DNA from: an uncultured Planctomycetaceae bacterium
GTDB taxonomy: Bacteria; Planctomycetota; Planctomycetia; Planctomycetales; Planctomycetaceae
Direction of reading: 5' to 3'
NCBI GenBank assembly: GCA_964504645.1
Contig: CAZDGB010000001.1
Coordinates: 10,247-71,928 of the forward strand
DNA: 61,682 nucleotides
Program-made: the position numbers and the translations under genes
Part shown: positions 1-10,201 of the stretch, one piece after another
Position numbering within the stretch: the first letter of the stretch is position 1
Layout of the letters: the number at the start of each line of letters is the position of its first letter
The notes under the pieces: model-generated
Seen by the model: only the letters and a program-made list of their open reading frames with translations
Told to the model about the DNA's origin: nothing
The model's database searches: none

Positions 1-253
1 TGGTAGCAAGCGAGGTAAAAATCTCAAGGATAAAAATTCTCGAAATCCGGAATGGGGATGCGGATGAATCAGTAGGAATTGATGGGTTTTGAGATACGAA
101 ACCTGGCGAGAATTAAGAGGGGCGATGGGATGCAATCCACCTACAAAACGACGCCTGACTCCCCCACTTTAACAAACTGACCTTGCCCCTTTGGAGCGAA
201 TTCGAGTACCTTCCGCCCGCTCCAATGGACTCTGGGAAAAGGTGCGCGCCGGG

Positions 254-1168
254 ATGGGAAGGGATTTCCGCCGGACGATCCGGGATCGAGGCATCGCGTG
301 GGCGGTCGCCGCGTGCGGTTTATTGCTCGCCGGCGGATGCTTGCCGCGCAACGGGTCCGTCGACTTGCTGCACGCCCGGTTGCGGCAGAACGAAGAGCAA
401 CTCGCCGAACTCCAATCGTCGTTGCAATCGTCGTCGACGCAATTGAAGCAGGCTCGCCGGGAAATCGACTTGCTCCGTACGGAGCTCGCCGAAGCCGGCA
501 ATCCCCGCGTCACGCCGGAACACGCCGCGGCAATGGTGCAGGTCTCCCGCATCGAAGTTTTGCCGTGGCTGACCGGCGGCATCGACAAGGACGACGATCC
601 CGGCGACGACGCGCTCGCCGTCTATTTCACGCCGCGGGACGATCAGGGCGAAGTCGTCAAGTTGCCGGGAAACATCAAGATCACGCTGACCGATCCGGCG
701 TTGGAAACCGATCAGCAGACCGTCGGCAGTTGGACGTTTTCGCCGGAAGAATGCCGCGACGCCTGGACGCGCGGCTTCATGGGCGGCGGCTACCAGTTTA
801 CGCTCCCGTGGGAAAACTCGCCGGTCAACGCGCGGCTGGTCGTGCACGTAGAGTACGCGACCCCCGACGGCCGTTCGTTCGACGACACGCAGCTCGTGAA
901 GGTCCATCCCTCCGCAGAAGCCGTAGCGAAACGCCCGCGTTCGCAGCGCACGGCTCCGAAAGACCTCACTGCCGAAGATCTCACGGCCGACCGGGAATCG
1001 TCCGCGGTTCGCCCCGCGAGCCGTCTGGAGACGCTTCGTCGGCCGGTCTACCGCAACCGGGACGAGTCGTCGGAACCGGATGAGCTGCTCGAAGACGAAG
1101 CCGACGAGCGCCCGCAGACGCCGCACTCGGCGAACTGGACCGACGACACGATCCCGCGTCTGCGGTGA
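254..1168 (+). CDS. hypothetical secreted/lipoprotein-like protein with coiled-coil segment
   Basis: Track ORF 191..1168 starts at TTG. The in-frame ATG at 254 gives MGRDFRRTIRDRGIAWAVAACGLLLAGGC, a signal/lipobox-like N-terminus. A heptad-like segment follows (LRQNEEQLAELQSSLQSSSTQLKQARREIDLLRTELAEAG). Strong G/C third-position bias. No family recognised. Confidence 0.55.
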   Translation: MGRDFRRTIRDRGIAWAVAACGLLLAGGCLPRNGSVDLLHARLRQNEEQLAELQSSLQSSSTQLKQARREIDLLRTELAEAGNPRVTPEHAAAMVQVSRIEVLPWLTGGIDKDDDPGDDALAVYFTPRDDQGEVVKLPGNIKITLTDPALETDQQTVGSWTFSPEECRDAWTRGFMGGGYQFTLPWENSPVNARLVVHVEYATPDGRSFDDTQLVKVHPSAEAVAKRPRSQRTAPKDLTAEDLTADRESSAVRPASRLETLRRPVYRNRDESSEPDELLEDEADERPQTPHSANWTDDTIPRLR

Positions 1169-1292
1169 GGTCCGGTCGCGAATCGCCAGCGGCCCCATTC
1201 AACGCTTGCGAGTTCGCAACTCCATTTGAATTTCCCCGCGCCTTCCGCCATCATTCAGCCGGTCTCGCGTTTCCATCGGCAAAGGATATTCC

Positions 1293-2162
1293 ATGCGGCT
1301 CGCGAAAATCCGGTTGGCGAACGGTTCCACGCACGCGGCGGTTTGGGGGGACGACGACAAGCTCCGGCCGCTCGATCTGTTGCAGATGGAGCAATACCGC
1401 ACGCTGCAGGACGTGCTGCACGCCGCGGACCCGATCGGGCTGTCGAAATATCTCGTCGATCAAAAGGCCGCGCCGCTGCCGCTGGAGAAGGTGACGCTGC
1501 TCGCGCCGATCGACCGACAGGAAGTGTGGGCGGCGGGCGTCACCTACAAGCGCAGCCAGGTCGCGCGGATGCAGGAGTCGGAATCCGGAGCGTCGCACTA
1601 CGACAAGGTCTACACGGCACCGCGGCCGGAGATTTTCTTCAAGGCAACGCCGACTCGTGTCGCCGGCCCAAACCAGCCACTGCGCGTGCGGGCCGACAGC
1701 CAGTGGTCGGTTCCCGAGCCGGAACTGGCGCTGGTCATCTCGCCGGAAAAGAAGCTCGTGGGCTTTACTGTCGGCAACGACATGTCGGCCCGCGACATCG
1801 AAGGGGAGAACCCCCTCTACTTGCCGCAGGCCAAAGTCTACAACCAATGCTGCGGGCTCGGTCCGTGCGTCTGGATTCCCGAAGGCCCCGTCGACCGGCC
1901 GAACACGAAGATCACGCTCACCATCCAGCGGAGCGGTAAAACGGCGTTCACCGGCGAAACCGATCTCGACCACATGAAGCGCAGCTTCGAGGAACTGATC
2001 GACTGGCTTATGCGCGAGAACGATTTGCCGACGGGCGGATTTCTCCTCACCGGCACCGGCGTCGTCCCGCCGGACGACTTCACACTGAAAAACGGCGACG
2101 TCGTCTCCATCGCCATCACGAACATCGGCACGCTGGTGAATCCCATCGTGCAAGAGGTGTGA
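1293..2162 (+). CDS. fumarylacetoacetate hydrolase (FAH) family protein
   Basis: 289-aa ORF with ATG at 1293. FAH-fold-like segments: PEPELALVIS, GFTVGNDMSARDIEGENPLYLPQAKVYNQCCGLGP, LLTGTGVVPP. Resembles 2-keto-3-deoxy-pentonate dehydratase/FAH-type enzymes. Confidence 0.8.
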   Translation: MRLAKIRLANGSTHAAVWGDDDKLRPLDLLQMEQYRTLQDVLHAADPIGLSKYLVDQKAAPLPLEKVTLLAPIDRQEVWAAGVTYKRSQVARMQESESGASHYDKVYTAPRPEIFFKATPTRVAGPNQPLRVRADSQWSVPEPELALVISPEKKLVGFTVGNDMSARDIEGENPLYLPQAKVYNQCCGLGPCVWIPEGPVDRPNTKITLTIQRSGKTAFTGETDLDHMKRSFEELIDWLMRENDLPTGGFLLTGTGVVPPDDFTLKNGDVVSIAITNIGTLVNPIVQEV

Positions 2163-2263
2163 TTCGCGTGGCACAAAGCCGCGGATGGCATCCGCGGTTT
2201 TTCATCGTCGTAGCGCCGTGCAGAAGACCGCGGTTGCCAACCGCGGTTTTGAGTGCGCGGCTT

Positions 2264-5200
2264 TCACCGACGTTCGTTCGTCGGGGATTGGCCGGTGCGG
2301 GGAATGAATGTGCGGGGCGTCGGGCGGTTTTGACGCGGCTCGAAGCTTCCCAAAAATTGCCGCAGGGTGTCGTCGAGCTCCGGGATGGGCCGCACTTCGA
2401 CTTGCGGGTCGCTGATGTCGCCGGAAACGGTCACGCCGTAGAGCCCGTCGCTGAGCAGGCCGATCACGTCGCTGACGATCGGGACGCGGAGACGGTTGCG
2501 GGGCAACTTGGAATAGAACTCCAGATTGACGACGCGGTCGAACCGCACGCTGCCGCGGCCGCGCAGCCGGATGGCGTTCCCCACCAGGTCGATCTCCTGG
2601 AAGTTGAACCGCTGGTCGCCGACGGTGAACAGCATCGTCGCTTCCTGAAACGCCGAGCGTTCCTGAAACTGCGGGCCGAGCGCCTGGAACATCTTCACGA
2701 AGACGGGGGCGTCGTACAATTCCGCCGGGCGAATGACCATGCGGCCGGAACCGGTCATTGATTCGGCGTCCTCGCCGCGGCCTTGCAGATCGAGCCAGCC
2801 GTTGATGTTGCCGCGGACATTGTTCTGCCCCTGGAGGTACGATTTCGCATAGCGTTCCAGGTTGCCGCCGATCATCAGCAGCCGCAGCCGGTACTGGCAT
2901 TCGGGATCGAACTTGACGATGGCGTTCATCGTCAGCGTGCCGTCGATCGCTTTGGCGTTGATCTGGTCGGCGAGCGGCACATTCTCCGCGGCTTGCATGA
3001 CCGGTCCGACGGCGGCCTGCCGGGAGCCGGCGATGATTTCTCCCTGCTGAAAGCGGAACGGCCCGCGGACTTCCGTGAGTTGATGCTGCAGGATTTCCAA
3101 CGAATCGAGATCGAGCATGCCTTGGCGGATTTCCGTGGTCTTGCCATCCCAAGACCCTTGCAGCGAGACGCGGCCGTAGATGTTCTCGATCCGTTGTCCC
3201 AGCGTGAGATTCGATCCCGACAAGAGCAGATCGGAGTTCCATTCCATACGGATCGTGTCGCGGTCTTCGTTCGGCCCGTAAAACGCAATCGGCCCCTGTA
3301 CGGAGACCGTCCCCGTGGGATTGAGCGAGTCGACCACCGTGCGGAGTTCGCCCGGCAGCGTGCGCCGCAACGCGGGGGTCATCGGCAAGTCGTCGACGAA
3401 GAATTCATTGAACCGGAATTGCCACGGCCGATCGGCGGGAAAGACGCCGGCCCCTTTCCCGCGCAGCCGGCAGTCGTCGTGCTCGGCGTGCAGCTCGTGC
3501 ACCGTCAGCCGGTCGTGCTCGTAGCTCATGTCGGCGGCGACGTCGTTCCATGGGAAGGGAAAGTTCCGCAGCGTGACGCCGGCGTTCTTCAGCTTGATGT
3601 TCGGCAGCTTGAGTTCGAACTCGCCTCCCGGAGTCCAGGCGACGTGCGTCTCGGCGTCGAACCGTCCGGTCGGGCGAAATTCGTTCCAAGCGTCTTGCAA
3701 GCGGGGCGGAAGCGCCTCGAGCAGTTCGGCGTCGAACGGCGCGTCGTTGATGTGGATTACAAGCTTCAGCTTGCCATTCGCCGGCGCCTTGGCAAACGTG
3801 CCGTTGCAGGTGAAGACGGCGTCGGCGTGCTTGCCTTTGAGCGACTCGAACTTCGCGACCTCGCCATTCCAGCGGACCAGCCCGGTGATGCGGTCGATCC
3901 GCAGCGGAAAACGCTGGAAATGCACGCTGCAGTCTTTCAGCCGCGTGACGACATGCGTCTCGGCTTTCGCGCCGATGCCCGCCGGCTTGATGAACTTGAC
4001 CCAGGCATCCGCCGCACCGCGCAGCTCGAGCGTCTGAGCCGCCATCCGCACGGCGGCCGGACTGGCCTGCAGCAGCGCGGCGTCGATGGGCACGTCGTCG
4101 GCCTTCAGCAGAATCACCATTTCCGCGCCCGGTCCCGGCTTCGTGATCGTTCCCGTCACCACCACCGGCGACGAGCCGGCGTTGCCGCGGCCTTCCAGAT
4201 GGGCCTGGTCGCCGTGCCAGGAGAGTTTGCCGGTGACGTCGCGCACCGGATAGCGGAACTTCTCGTAGTTCACGCTGCCGTCGCGCAACGTCAGTTCGAC
4301 GTCGGGAAGATAGACTTGCTCGGTCCGTGTGAGCTGCGCGTCGAGATCGCATATCCCGCGCAGCGACAGCGTGCGGATCAGCCGCGCGAGCGGTTCCGGC
4401 AAACGGGCCGTCAGCATGTCGTCGATGACGATCTCGCGAGCCTTCACCGTGAGGGCCGGAAACTTGCCGGTCTCCCATTTTGCGGAGCAGGTGATCGTCG
4501 ATTCGCCGTGCCGGCCGCGCAATTCTTGCATGACGACTTGTGAGGAATCGGCGTAGAACTTGCCGGTCACGCCATCCATCGGCAGCGGCAAGAGCTTGTT
4601 CGTCAAGCGCCCGTCGCGGATATCGGCCATGACCTGGAACTTCGGCGCTGCGCCTGGTTCCGCACTCGAAAAGCGGGCCTGCAGATGGGTCAGGAGCTGC
4701 ACGCCGAGTTCCGGGACGCCGGAGCTTTGGGCCATCAAGTCTTGCGGGCGGTTGCCGGTGACGTCGGGCCGCTGCAATTTTCCTTTGGCGAGGTGTATCC
4801 ACCGCGTTTGATGCTGCTCGAGCAGTTGCCGCCATTCCGGCCGGATGGTGAGAATCTTCCCGATGAGCGCTTTGTCGATCACCAGGCCGTCGACGTCGAC
4901 ACCCAGTTTCCACGGGGAGCCGTCGAGAGACAGATCGCCGTCGATGCGCACCGGTCCCGTCCCGTCCACGCGGCTCGACAGCGCCACGGCCCAACTGCGG
5001 TCCGACGATGGCGTCGCCGTGAGTCGCAACTCCGTGCAGTTGATGTCGAGCGGCGGTTCGGGCCGCGGCTGCTCGAACTGTACCGTCACCGTGCCGTGCT
5101 CGATCTCCACGTCGGGCAACAATCCGCCCGGCGTGCGCTGCACCTGCAACTGCTTCCAGTTCCACGTCTCATCCGTCCGCCGTACGACCCACGCCCGCGG

Positions 5201-5539
5201 CTTGATCAGGCGAATGCGCTGGACCTGCAAGTCCTGCGATTCGGCGAGTTGATCCCGGTCGAGCGTGATGACCAGTTCCGCAATGGTGAGCGAGGCGAAA
5301 TCGTCGCCGGGTAGTGTCATCCGGACCTGATAAGCCCGCACTTGCCCGGTGAACAGATCGGGATGCGCCCGGTCGAGTTCGATCTCGGTGCCGGGGAACA
5401 TCGTCTGCAACTGAGACAGCAACTCTTGCTTGAGGAGTTCGTCGCTGCGCGTGAAGAACCAATACGCCCCCGCTCCGCCGGCCGCGATGAGGGCCAGCAG
5501 CAGATAAACGAGCCAGCGAAGAGTACGAACGAATTCCAC
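2264..5539 (-). CDS. AsmA/TamB-like large envelope protein (single N-terminal TM)
   Basis: Track ORF 2264..5755 trimmed to GTG 5539 (VEFVRTLRWLVYLLLALIAAGGAGAYWFF), because the upstream part overlaps the neighbouring gene's 3' end. About 1090 aa and beta-rich. The C-terminal segment LYGVTVSGDISDPQVEVRP is typical of AsmA-like C-termini. Confidence 0.65.
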   Translation of the reverse strand: MEFVRTLRWLVYLLLALIAAGGAGAYWFFTRSDELLKQELLSQLQTMFPGTEIELDRAHPDLFTGQVRAYQVRMTLPGDDFASLTIAELVITLDRDQLAESQDLQVQRIRLIKPRAWVVRRTDETWNWKQLQVQRTPGGLLPDVEIEHGTVTVQFEQPRPEPPLDINCTELRLTATPSSDRSWAVALSSRVDGTGPVRIDGDLSLDGSPWKLGVDVDGLVIDKALIGKILTIRPEWRQLLEQHQTRWIHLAKGKLQRPDVTGNRPQDLMAQSSGVPELGVQLLTHLQARFSSAEPGAAPKFQVMADIRDGRLTNKLLPLPMDGVTGKFYADSSQVVMQELRGRHGESTITCSAKWETGKFPALTVKAREIVIDDMLTARLPEPLARLIRTLSLRGICDLDAQLTRTEQVYLPDVELTLRDGSVNYEKFRYPVRDVTGKLSWHGDQAHLEGRGNAGSSPVVVTGTITKPGPGAEMVILLKADDVPIDAALLQASPAAVRMAAQTLELRGAADAWVKFIKPAGIGAKAETHVVTRLKDCSVHFQRFPLRIDRITGLVRWNGEVAKFESLKGKHADAVFTCNGTFAKAPANGKLKLVIHINDAPFDAELLEALPPRLQDAWNEFRPTGRFDAETHVAWTPGGEFELKLPNIKLKNAGVTLRNFPFPWNDVAADMSYEHDRLTVHELHAEHDDCRLRGKGAGVFPADRPWQFRFNEFFVDDLPMTPALRRTLPGELRTVVDSLNPTGTVSVQGPIAFYGPNEDRDTIRMEWNSDLLLSGSNLTLGQRIENIYGRVSLQGSWDGKTTEIRQGMLDLDSLEILQHQLTEVRGPFRFQQGEIIAGSRQAAVGPVMQAAENVPLADQINAKAIDGTLTMNAIVKFDPECQYRLRLLMIGGNLERYAKSYLQGQNNVRGNINGWLDLQGRGEDAESMTGSGRMVIRPAELYDAPVFVKMFQALGPQFQERSAFQEATMLFTVGDQRFNFQEIDLVGNAIRLRGRGSVRFDRVVNLEFYSKLPRNRLRVPIVSDVIGLLSDGLYGVTVSGDISDPQVEVRPIPELDDTLRQFLGSFEPRQNRPTPRTFIPRTGQSPTNERR

Positions 5540-5588
5540 GCGAGACGCTTCAACAGGGAAGCCGCGGGGCTGCGACCCCGCGGTAAAA

Positions 5589-6836
5589 TCACCGAGGGGG
5601 CGCGGCCCCTCGACTGCCAAACCACTGGGACAGACCGACACCGGACAACACGGCCAACGGATACTCGGCCGGCAGCCGATAACGGATCGACCCGACGAAC
5701 AGCATGTGCACCGCGGCGAAATACAGAATGGGGGCCCACGCGAACAGCAACACATCCGGCCGCCGCCGCGACAGCCACGTGCCGTACAGAGCAGGAATCA
5801 GAATCATCAGCGACGACGCTAAGACCACGGCCCGCATCCAGACTTGCTGGAACTGCTCGGCGTTTGGCCAAGGCGCGGCGTAACGTCCGAGTTTGATGAA
5901 CATCAATTCGAGCGCCCGCCCCGGATGATCCCACGCGTACTGCTTCGCGCGGCGAGCGTATTCGCGGTCCATGTCGTATTCGCTCATCTCGCCCAGGAAA
6001 TTGTCCCGGTCGAAGAACGCCATGTGGCTATCGCCGGTCGCTTCCGGATTGAGTCCGTCATACAGGCTCGGCCCGAACCAGAACGTCGTCAGCTTGAAAT
6101 GCCCGGTGACGACTTGATTGCGCAGTCCCCACGGCAGCATCGCGAGGAACAACACGGCGCAGACGATGACTCCGGCGAGTAATCGCCGGGGAAATTGCTT
6201 CCAAGGCTGCAACAACACGAGCGCCATCGGCCCGACTAGCAGCCATGTGGGACGCAAATACGTCGCCGCGGCGATCAGAGCGCCGCTCAACGTCGCCCAC
6301 AGGCTGTAGCGGTTCGCGGGGGATTCCTGCAAACGACGAGCGAGTTTCGCGAGAGCGAACAGACTCGCCGTCATCGCTGCGGCAAACGCCGTTTCGCTGA
6401 GAAGCAGCACGCTGAACATCGCCAGCACGGGAGAGATCGCCGTGACAGCGGCGGCCCACAATCCCACCTTGGCATCGCAGAGTTCTCGTCCGAGCAGATA
6501 GACGAACCCGCACGCCGACGTCCCAATGACGGCCAGCCACAGCCGGACCGCCAGCAGATTCTCGCCAAACGCCATCCGCGGCAACGCGAGCAGGAACGGA
6601 AAGCCCGGCATCCGCATCACCCGCCGCGGCGGATCATAGATTTCGTAGTCTTTCCCGGCGGCGATTTGGCCGGCGAGATACCAATACCCGTCGGCGTCGC
6701 CGGGAATCAGACAGACTTCGCGCGAGCCGTGATCCAGCCGCCATTGCACGCCGATGGCGCACGCGACGCGCAGCAACAGCGCGACGATGAGAATCGCCGC
6801 GAGAAGATGCCCTTCGGACCACGAACCGCCGCGCAT
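5589..6836 (-). CDS. ArnT/PMT-like (GT39/GT83-type) membrane glycosyltransferase
   Basis: 415-aa polytopic membrane protein with many hydrophobic helices. First-loop acidic motif PGDADGYWYLAGQIAAGKDYEIYDPP. Overall layout matches dolichyl/undecaprenyl-phosphate-sugar dependent glycosyltransferases. Confidence 0.7.
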   Translation of the reverse strand: MRGGSWSEGHLLAAILIVALLLRVACAIGVQWRLDHGSREVCLIPGDADGYWYLAGQIAAGKDYEIYDPPRRVMRMPGFPFLLALPRMAFGENLLAVRLWLAVIGTSACGFVYLLGRELCDAKVGLWAAAVTAISPVLAMFSVLLLSETAFAAAMTASLFALAKLARRLQESPANRYSLWATLSGALIAAATYLRPTWLLVGPMALVLLQPWKQFPRRLLAGVIVCAVLFLAMLPWGLRNQVVTGHFKLTTFWFGPSLYDGLNPEATGDSHMAFFDRDNFLGEMSEYDMDREYARRAKQYAWDHPGRALELMFIKLGRYAAPWPNAEQFQQVWMRAVVLASSLMILIPALYGTWLSRRRPDVLLFAWAPILYFAAVHMLFVGSIRYRLPAEYPLAVLSGVGLSQWFGSRGAAPPR

Positions 6837-6961
6837 GGCGCATTATCCCCCGCCAGATGAAAAGCGGGGAATAATATGTCGGCCGCGGCAATTCGGTCAA
6901 GATGGAGCGAGATTCACTGACGCTTTGCGAGGGTTATTGACCCACGAAGCGTAAGCGCGGA

Positions 6962-8539
6962 TCAAGACTCTGCGGTGCCTAGCGCTTCCGGAGTCTCAAT
7001 ATGCACCGCTTTGTAGCCGCCGATCGACTTGAAATAGAGAATCAGCAGCAGATAGCACACGGCCATCGTCAACGGCACGTAGGCGGTGAGTTTCAGCGCC
7101 ATCTTTCCGCCGTAGATGCCGGCTTCCTGCACGGGCTTCTTGTCCTCGGGAGCGAACGGTTTGGCCGCGTGCCACCAATCGTTCAATTGCGTGAAATTGG
7201 TGTCGGTGCGGCCTTCCTTCTCCAACAATTCACCGACGCGCTGCAACTCCTTGCCGTTGTCGTCCAGCACGCCAACCTTAGCTCCGTCGAGTCCGATCGT
7301 CTTGAAGCCGAAGAACTCGCTTTCCTTGTTCGCCTTGTAGCGGGAATAGGCGTCGGGCGAGACCTGCTGCAATTGATGCGAGGCGTTGTAGTCCTGCTTG
7401 AAGCCGATCGCGGGGCCGCCCAGCAGCCCGGCGGACAGCATCCCCGCCGCGCCCAGCATGCCGATCGACACGGCTCCCCCCTTGGGATATCGCTCTGAGG
7501 CGACGGCCAACATGGTTGGCCACAGGAACGTCTTGCCGAGGGCATAGACGGTAGCCGCCACGACGCACATCTCCACGGTCGTCGCGGCGCCGAGCATCGT
7601 CAACCCAATCGCGCCGAGGACGCCGCTGGCGAACAGCAGCCCGAGCGGAGAAATCCGATGCACGATCGGTCCGGCGACGAAGCGGAGCAGAAACATCAAG
7701 AGCGACGTGTAGACGAACAGCGCCAAGCCGGCACCGGGGCTGCCCATGATGGCGCCGGTGATCTTGGCGATCCAGGAATCGGTTCCCAGTTCGACGTAGC
7801 CGACCATCGCATGAATGATGAGCAGCACGATCATCAGCGGCGCGAAGAGCGTGCCAACCATTTCGGCGAACGACACGCCGGCCGATTCCGCTTCTGATTT
7901 CGGGAAACGCTGGCCCAACAGCATCGCGCCGTAGATCACTACGGGGATGAGGAACAGCGACATTTGAATTTTCCAATCGACTGGCGCGACCAAGACGGTT
8001 CCCCCTTCGTCGGTCTTGCCGGCCATGAAGAACGACGCCAGGCCGCCCAACACCAGCCCGGCCGGCCAGCCCGCGTGCAGAATGTTGAGGTAATGCGTCT
8101 TGTTTTTCGGGAACAGCGTAGCTGTCAGCGGATTGACGACCGCTTCGCAGAGGCCGTTGCCGACCGCGAAAATGAACATACCCCAGAAGAGGCAACTGAA
8201 CGCGGCGTCTTTGCCGCCGAACTCGAATGCCATCGGTGCGGCGAGCGTGAGAATCCCCGAAGCGAAGTGCAGCAGAAACGCCGTCACCATCAGCTTGCCG
8301 TAGCCGAACTTGTCGGCGATGAGTGAACTGAGGAGGATCACGATGCCGCCGCCCGTCAGGCCGCCGCCGGTGATGGTGCCGAGTTCCGTCATCGTGAAGC
8401 CGAACTGGTTGGCCCATTGAACTAGGATGCCGCCGCGGACGGAAAACCCGACCCCCGCCGCGAGAATGGCCATGAACCCGGCCCAGAGCAGGCGGTAAGC
8501 GTTCGTCGCGACAGCACCGGCTTCAGATGGCGCACTCAT
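6962..8539 (-). CDS. MFS transporter
   Basis: Track ORF 6962..8641 trimmed to ATG 8539 (MSAPSEAGAV...). About 12 glycine-rich hydrophobic helices. An ~100-aa soluble insertion precedes the last TM helix. Confidence 0.8.
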   Translation of the reverse strand: MSAPSEAGAVATNAYRLLWAGFMAILAAGVGFSVRGGILVQWANQFGFTMTELGTITGGGLTGGGIVILLSSLIADKFGYGKLMVTAFLLHFASGILTLAAPMAFEFGGKDAAFSCLFWGMFIFAVGNGLCEAVVNPLTATLFPKNKTHYLNILHAGWPAGLVLGGLASFFMAGKTDEGGTVLVAPVDWKIQMSLFLIPVVIYGAMLLGQRFPKSEAESAGVSFAEMVGTLFAPLMIVLLIIHAMVGYVELGTDSWIAKITGAIMGSPGAGLALFVYTSLLMFLLRFVAGPIVHRISPLGLLFASGVLGAIGLTMLGAATTVEMCVVAATVYALGKTFLWPTMLAVASERYPKGGAVSIGMLGAAGMLSAGLLGGPAIGFKQDYNASHQLQQVSPDAYSRYKANKESEFFGFKTIGLDGAKVGVLDDNGKELQRVGELLEKEGRTDTNFTQLNDWWHAAKPFAPEDKKPVQEAGIYGGKMALKLTAYVPLTMAVCYLLLILYFKSIGGYKAVHIETPEALGTAES

Positions 8540-8700
8540 GGCGTGGGTCCTGTTCGAGGGGGCGGATTTTTGGGAGAATCGCTGGCAGGCAGTCACCGCA
8601 TGGAAACGGGGATTGTATTGCCCCCGGCAACCCTTTTCCACGATTGAGAACCGCGGTGCGCGGACTTTCCACCGATTTCCGCGGCCGGATCGCGTCGTAA

Positions 8701-8721
8701 CGACAAGCTGCCAGCTTGTCG
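8701..8721. repeat. perfect 10-bp-arm palindrome downstream of the recombinase gene
   Basis: CGACAAGCTG C CAGCTTGTCG. No T-tract, so terminator function is uncertain. Confidence 0.5.
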
Positions 8722-8768
8722 CTCCTGCGTGTTGGAACCCACATCCGGGAGAAAGGGGAAGCCGCCGC

Positions 8769-9698
8769 CTACTTCCCGGCCGCCACGCGTTTCTGGTTCT
8801 GCACGGCGTGCGGGTGGGCTTTTTCGTAGGTGTCCTTGAGACGCCGCGTGCTGACGTGGGTGTAGATCTGCGTCGTCGTCAGGCTCTTGTGGCCGAGCAT
8901 TTCCTGCACGCTGCGTAAATCGGCCCCGCCGTCCAGCAAATGCGTGGCGAACGTGTGCCGCAGCGTGTGCGGCGTCGTCTGCTTGTCGAGGCCCGTCAGC
9001 TTGAGATATTTCTCCAGCATGCGGCCGATGCTCCGGGTTGTCAGCCGTTCGCCGAAGCGATTCAGGAACAAAGCGTCCTTGTCGTCTTCGGGAGCGTCGA
9101 GGCTCGGTTCGCGGACTTCGAGCCAGCGGTCAAGCGCCTTCGACGCATGCCGCCCGACGGGGGCAATGCGTTCCTTCCGCCCCTTGCCGAGCACCCGCAG
9201 GATGTTGGCGTCGCGGTCCCAACTGGCGAGATCGAGGCCGACCAGTTCCGCGACGCGCAGCCCGGCGGAGTACATCGTCTCCAGAATGGCCCGGTCGCGC
9301 AGGCCTTCGGGTTCATTCGCCGGCGGCGCTTCGAGCAGCGTGATGATCTGCTCGGTCGTCAAGAAGTGGGGCAGCTTGCGGCCGGTGCGCGGCGTCCGCA
9401 ACGCCTTTGCCGGGTTCGTGGTGACGAGTTGTTCCCGCTGGCAATAGCGGAAGAAACTCCGCAGGCAGGCGAGCCGGCGGGCCATCGTCGTCTTGGCGTA
9501 ATCGCATTCATGCAGATACGCCACGTAGCCGCGGAGCATCGCCGTATCGACTTCGCCGGGCGCGGGAAACCGGCCCACGCGGTCGGCGAGGTAGTCGAGC
9601 AGGCTGTTGAAGTCTTCGGAGTACGACTTGAGCGTCAACTCCGAGGCGTTTCGCTCGATCTTGAGATACCGCAGGAAGCCGTCGATTGCGGTGTGCAT
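8769..9698 (-). CDS. XerC/XerD-family tyrosine recombinase
   Basis: Trimmed to ATG 9698 ([30 protein letters not shown], the core-binding domain). Catalytic C-terminus: [19 protein letters not shown] ... [39 protein letters not shown]. Confidence 0.85.
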   Translation of the reverse strand: MHTAIDGFLRYLKIERNASELTLKSYSEDFNSLLDYLADRVGRFPAPGEVDTAMLRGYVAYLHECDYAKTTMARRLACLRSFFRYCQREQLVTTNPAKALRTPRTGRKLPHFLTTEQIITLLEAPPANEPEGLRDRAILETMYSAGLRVAELVGLDLASWDRDANILRVLGKGRKERIAPVGRHASKALDRWLEVREPSLDAPEDDKDALFLNRFGERLTTRSIGRMLEKYLKLTGLDKQTTPHTLRHTFATHLLDGGADLRSVQEMLGHKSLTTTQIYTHVSTRRLKDTYEKAHPHAVQNQKRVAAGK

Positions 9699-9714
9699 GG
9701 TGGGGAGGAAGTTT

Positions 9715-9856
9715 GTGGGTTGGGGGTTGTGGGTCGGAGGATGTCGCTCGGCCTCGGTTAGCAAACGTTTGAGCCCGAAGCGCTAGCGAGGATGGGGTCT
9801 CGCTGGCGCTTCGGGCTCCCTTGATACCAGCCTCCAACCAACCACCCTCAACCCAC
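9715..9856. repeat. nested palindromic repeat (GGGTTG/CAACCC arms around a 20-bp-arm hairpin)
   Basis: Inner hairpin: GAGCCCGAAGCGCTAGCGAG (9771-9790) pairs with CTCGCTGGCGCTTCGGGCTC (9799-9818), one mismatch. Outer arms: GTGGGTTGGGGGTTGTGGGT (9715-9734) and CCAACCAACCACCCTCAACCCAC (9834-9856). Confidence 0.8.
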
Positions 9857-10107
9857 TAATTCTCCAGCTTCTCCCGGAAGCGATGCTTCCCGGTGTGCGG
9901 CTCGGGAACGGCGGACGACTGCGAAGCGGGCTGGCCTTGCACGCGCTGGCTCAGGACGGCGGCGTCGTACCAACTGAAGCTCAGCTCCGGGTCCGAAGCG
10001 TAGCGGCCGAGCGTCTGCAGCAGCGTCTCGACGCTATTGTCGTCGTAGAGGAAGACGTAGCGTTCCCCGTTCTTCATCAGCGCCAGCACGTTCACGCCGC
10101 GAGCCAT
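9856..10107 (-). CDS. small hypothetical protein (83 aa)
   Basis: In-frame ATG at 10107 (MARGVNVLALMKNGERYVFLYDDNSVETLLQTLGRY...). Very strong G/C third-position bias. No family recognised. Confidence 0.55.
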   Translation of the reverse strand: MARGVNVLALMKNGERYVFLYDDNSVETLLQTLGRYASDPELSFSWYDAAVLSQRVQGQPASQSSAVPEPHTGKHRFREKLEN

Positions 10108-10201
10108 GGTTCTTCGCCTTCCGTTGGAGTGAACGATAGCGCTGTTCGAAACTCTAACTTCCAAAGATTTGGCGTTTGGAATTTGGAGCTTGCTTCCTGG
10201 C

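Noticed and set aside
1-190. AT-richer leading 190 nt considered as a possible regulatory region or gene remnant.
   Set aside because: No ORF, repeat or recognisable motif, and the window edge prevents interpretation.
2202-5165. Long antisense or out-of-frame ORFs (for example 2202..3242, 2783..4543, 3405..5165) inside the AsmA-like gene. Similar ones occur elsewhere: 14944..16587, 15921..16874, 38617..40644, 42416..43879, 53752..54918, 59605..60678.
   Set aside because: Their Arg/Pro/Gly/Ala-rich composition is typical of non-coding frames in high-GC DNA. They show no recognisable motifs. They fully overlap ORFs that have clear family signatures and G/C third-position bias.
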